From: Malacoraja senta
Lineage: Eukaryota
Direction: 5' to 3'
Assembly: GCA_038087875.1 (NCBI GenBank)
Contig: CM075990.1
Span: 14,758,001-14,822,000, forward strand
DNA: 64,000 nucleotides
In this document: piece after piece, positions 60,693 to 64,000 of the stretch
Numbering within the stretch: the first letter of the stretch is position 1
Layout: each line of letters begins with the position of its first letter
Position numbers and translations under genes: made by a program
The notes under the pieces: model-generated
What the model was told of the DNA's origin: nothing
Database searches by the model: none
The model's input: only the letters and a program-made list of their open reading frames with translations

Positions 60693-63000
60693 ATTTTGCC
60701 GGGTAGACCCCATGGTTGTGAATGATTCTGCACGCTGTCTGCATGCAGGTGTCCCTGCCTTGTCCCAGTGCTCCACGGCCCAATGCTGGTCGCTCCAGCT
60801 GTGCAGGGACACTGCCTCTGAAGCACTTTGCAAAACTGTCCACCCTGCTAGTCACTGATGAAAGCAGCAAATATCGCCTTTTAAATACCTGAAACTGGAA
60901 AGAATAATTGAAAAAATTAAATTCAACCAGCAAAACATGTCAACTTTTTTTTTCCTTTAATATTTTCAAAACCTTCCCTTTCTTAATCCTGTCTAACATT
61001 TCTCCTGAATTCCCTGCAATCTGTGGATCCTGGAGGCGAGTTAATCCAGGGCAAAGCCGGGAGATCCCATCACACCGGGTTCAAACATCACTGTGGATTT
61101 CCATGTCAGAGAGTGCAGGCGCTGGAGCTCGGACTACACTGTAGTTGTTACAGGCGAAACAATCCAATTGGAACTACCAGCAAAAAAAAACCACTAGCAA
61201 GTTTGCATTGTGAAACGGGAGAACAAAATGCATGTTGAACGAATCCTGGGATCAAAAATATTTTGGAATGCCATACAGTTGATGGAGAGGCGGATATGAG
61301 ATGCTTAACTATGTATCAGCATCAAATGTATTTGAATATTTCTTGTGTGTTAGATGTTTATATGTTAAATACCACTTGCTTGCTTTTGAAAAGGGTCCTT
61401 CTGTACAGTTGAGAACAGAACTATAGGGAGCATTGTAAATCCAGATTATTAATTCAAATTAATCCAGATAATTTACAGCAAAGAGTGACATTTTAATCGG
61501 GAAGGGTATTGATGTCATATTCCAATAATTTATCAATCTTTTGGATGGGTGGCAGGTAATCTCAAATATTTAACATTTGCCTGGGTTTTTATAAAAGGAG
61601 ACAGAGTACTAAAGATATTAGATTCAATGTGCTCAAGACCTTTGATCAGTTTTTGGTTTTCTTTGCTAATTCAGTTAAACCTAGGGTGAGTTTACAACAA
61701 ATGACAGCAACATTTGGCATAAATGGATTCTAATTCGTAATGTATCAGACATTGTAAACTAGTTACTGCTTGATTTTTAATTGCTGGTTGGAATTCCATT
61801 GATTTCATCACACGGTATGAAACCTAATGTCCCTATAAGTGTCCCTGGATGATTGCAAGTCTATCTTAATTTTAGCCAAGAGGCTTGATATTACTGGAGG
61901 CATCGTCCATGTACTACCGTAACTTGAAAGTTTTCCTTGTGAGGGTAACATACTGTTATTTAAGTGCTCTGGCAGTGCAGCAGATATTTTAACCTCCAAA
62001 ACTGTGTTCCAGTTGCTTGATTTAATTCACGATGATTAAATTATAAATGTAATGATGCACATTTGGAAACTGCATCATTAAGAAGCCACATCATTAAGAA
62101 GCCATTTTCAACTGCAGTTATAAGCTTTCTTAATATTTAATGTCATGGAAGTGCTATTGGTTTTCCATATTTAAACTTCACATGATCATTTGCTGGGTAT
62201 ACTGTGGCCAATGACTATGGGCACCTGTTTATATTTTATGTTATGTTATGTAACAGTCCATGAAAACCACGTGCCCTGCTACTGGTCTAAAAATGGGTTA
62301 ATTGCATTTCTTAATGCAATGTACATCACTTTATAGGATTGAACTTGATAAAACTTCGAGAAGTGCAGGAACATGTTTCTCCCCAGAGCACATGGTTAAA
62401 TGTCTTCAAAGCATGGGATAGGGTGTCATTTTCAAATTGTCTTTCAAAATACTGAGTTTAAGTGTTGCTGGACCACACCAAATCACAGATCTTTTTGTAG
62501 ATGTGGCTTGTAAAATGTTGAGCTAAAATGTTGGAGTTGGCCTCTGTGAATGGCTTAACTCTGTTGCGTTTGTGTGTCCAACTGAGACTGTTGACAGCAG
62601 CTAAACACTATGCCATTACAGTCCACTACATCAACTCCTCAATGTGTGAAATATATGAAATACTGCACTTTGAACTTTAGTTTTGGGGGAAAATAATGGA
62701 AAACTTAAGTAGAATTAGCTAACATTTGGAGAACAATGGAGGGAGTGGTTTCAACAGTCACTGACTGGGAAGAGGTTCATTGTCAACAGGATGAAAATAT
62801 AGCTGGTGATGTCTTCTCGAAAGCCTCTGCTCCTTCACTGCATCCTTTCATTAGTCGGCCAGGATGTCCATTGGTGCAGAACATTGCATTTCCGAGCTTT
62901 GAAAATTGGAAAGAATTTGCATTGCTCAGTTGGAAGATCTAAGCAACCTTTCTCTTTCCAATATCATTAGAATTGTTAAATAGAAGCATTCAAAGAAGAT

Positions 63001-63205
63001 AAAACAAAGTGTTGGAGGATCTCACTGGGCCAGGCGACATATAAGGAGGAAAACGGACAGACGACATTTCAGGTCGGTGCACTCTAAAGAAAGGTCTCTA
63101 CCCAAAACACATCTGGCCATTCCTCTCCACAGATGTTGCCTGACTTGCTACGTTCCTTGCTACATTTGGTCAAGATTCCAGCATCTGCAGCACCTTGTGT
63201 CTCTA
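63001..63205 (+). mobile_element. old fold-back PLE element
   Basis: Degenerate arms acaaagtgttggagg.../...cacagatgttgcctgac and tail ccagcatctgcag. Confidence 0.65.
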
Positions 63206-64000
63206 TTAAATTAACACGTTGATGAGGAGAACGTGTACTGTTTTATTTAGCGTCCCCATAAATGTTCACTCTGAAGGCAGGGAATATTAGCTTCAGTTTT
63301 TGAACTACAGTTCTAACTTGCATTTTGACGTAAGGTGAATGATCACGATGGGAAACGGTAGATCTTACTACACTGATCAGTGGTTATAATGATCATTTGA
63401 GAAAATGGGCAAGTCGATTATTAAAACTGAATTTGGAATCATGGAATAATTTACATGAGACCTTACGGATAATTACATTATATCATTACATTAAATCAAC
63501 TTGTGGAATTATAAGCGACACTAATAATAACATACACTTTTTGTATTACTGAGAATAATAAATGGTACTAAATTAAATTAAATCAAAATCTCACGCCGGA
63601 TAACTCTTCATGGTAATTTGATAAATAAGTGAATAAAATTATTATCCTTAACAGGAAGTCCAAATTGAAATTATCGTGCAAAATTATTTGAAACTATATG
63701 TGATTGCATATTTGGTGATACTGTTTTTCTGTTTTTTAAATCTTATGGAAGAGGAACAAATTACTAGTTGCAGTTTTAACTGCCATTATGCCTTATTAGC
63801 AAAACTTAGTGTCTTATCTTGAGGAAACTGGTGAGCATGGCTGGTGTGTATTGGTTTACTTATGTTCCATTGTGTGACAGTCTACACGTGAACAAACAAA
63901 ATTGATGCGCAGAAAACCTGCCCCATGCCATGATGATGTGAGCGACTGAATAAGTCACTTCATGCCTGCCTAGGCCAATCCAACGATCTCCTGTCAGATG

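Overview
Eukaryotic, intron- or intergenic-like DNA, very probably from a cartilaginous fish such as a skate or ray. This is inferred from HE1/V-SINE-like SINEs and the mix of CR1, L2, Rex1/Babar, Neptune-type Penelope, Tc1 and PIF/Harbinger elements. I recognise no intact host protein-coding gene; one 46-nt exon candidate lies at 3611-3656. Almost all listed ORFs are transposon fragments or chance ORFs, and there is a 200-N assembly gap at 45902-46101. The most striking structure is a family of about 25 short elements derived from the 3' end (pLTR) of a Penelope-like retroelement (PLE). They carry a hammerhead-ribozyme core (CTGAAGA-A-GGGT-NNNN-RCCC-GAAACGTY). Many are asymmetric fold-back palindromes inserted as single units with 10-15 bp target-site duplications. 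A 5'-truncated parent with RT and GIY-YIG remnants is at 32808-34048. All three young, near-identical CR1 copies sit in or next to these ribozyme elements. Several TE-poor, TAAT/Pbx-Hox/Meis-rich blocks may be conserved developmental enhancers. All calls were made by eye, without database searches.
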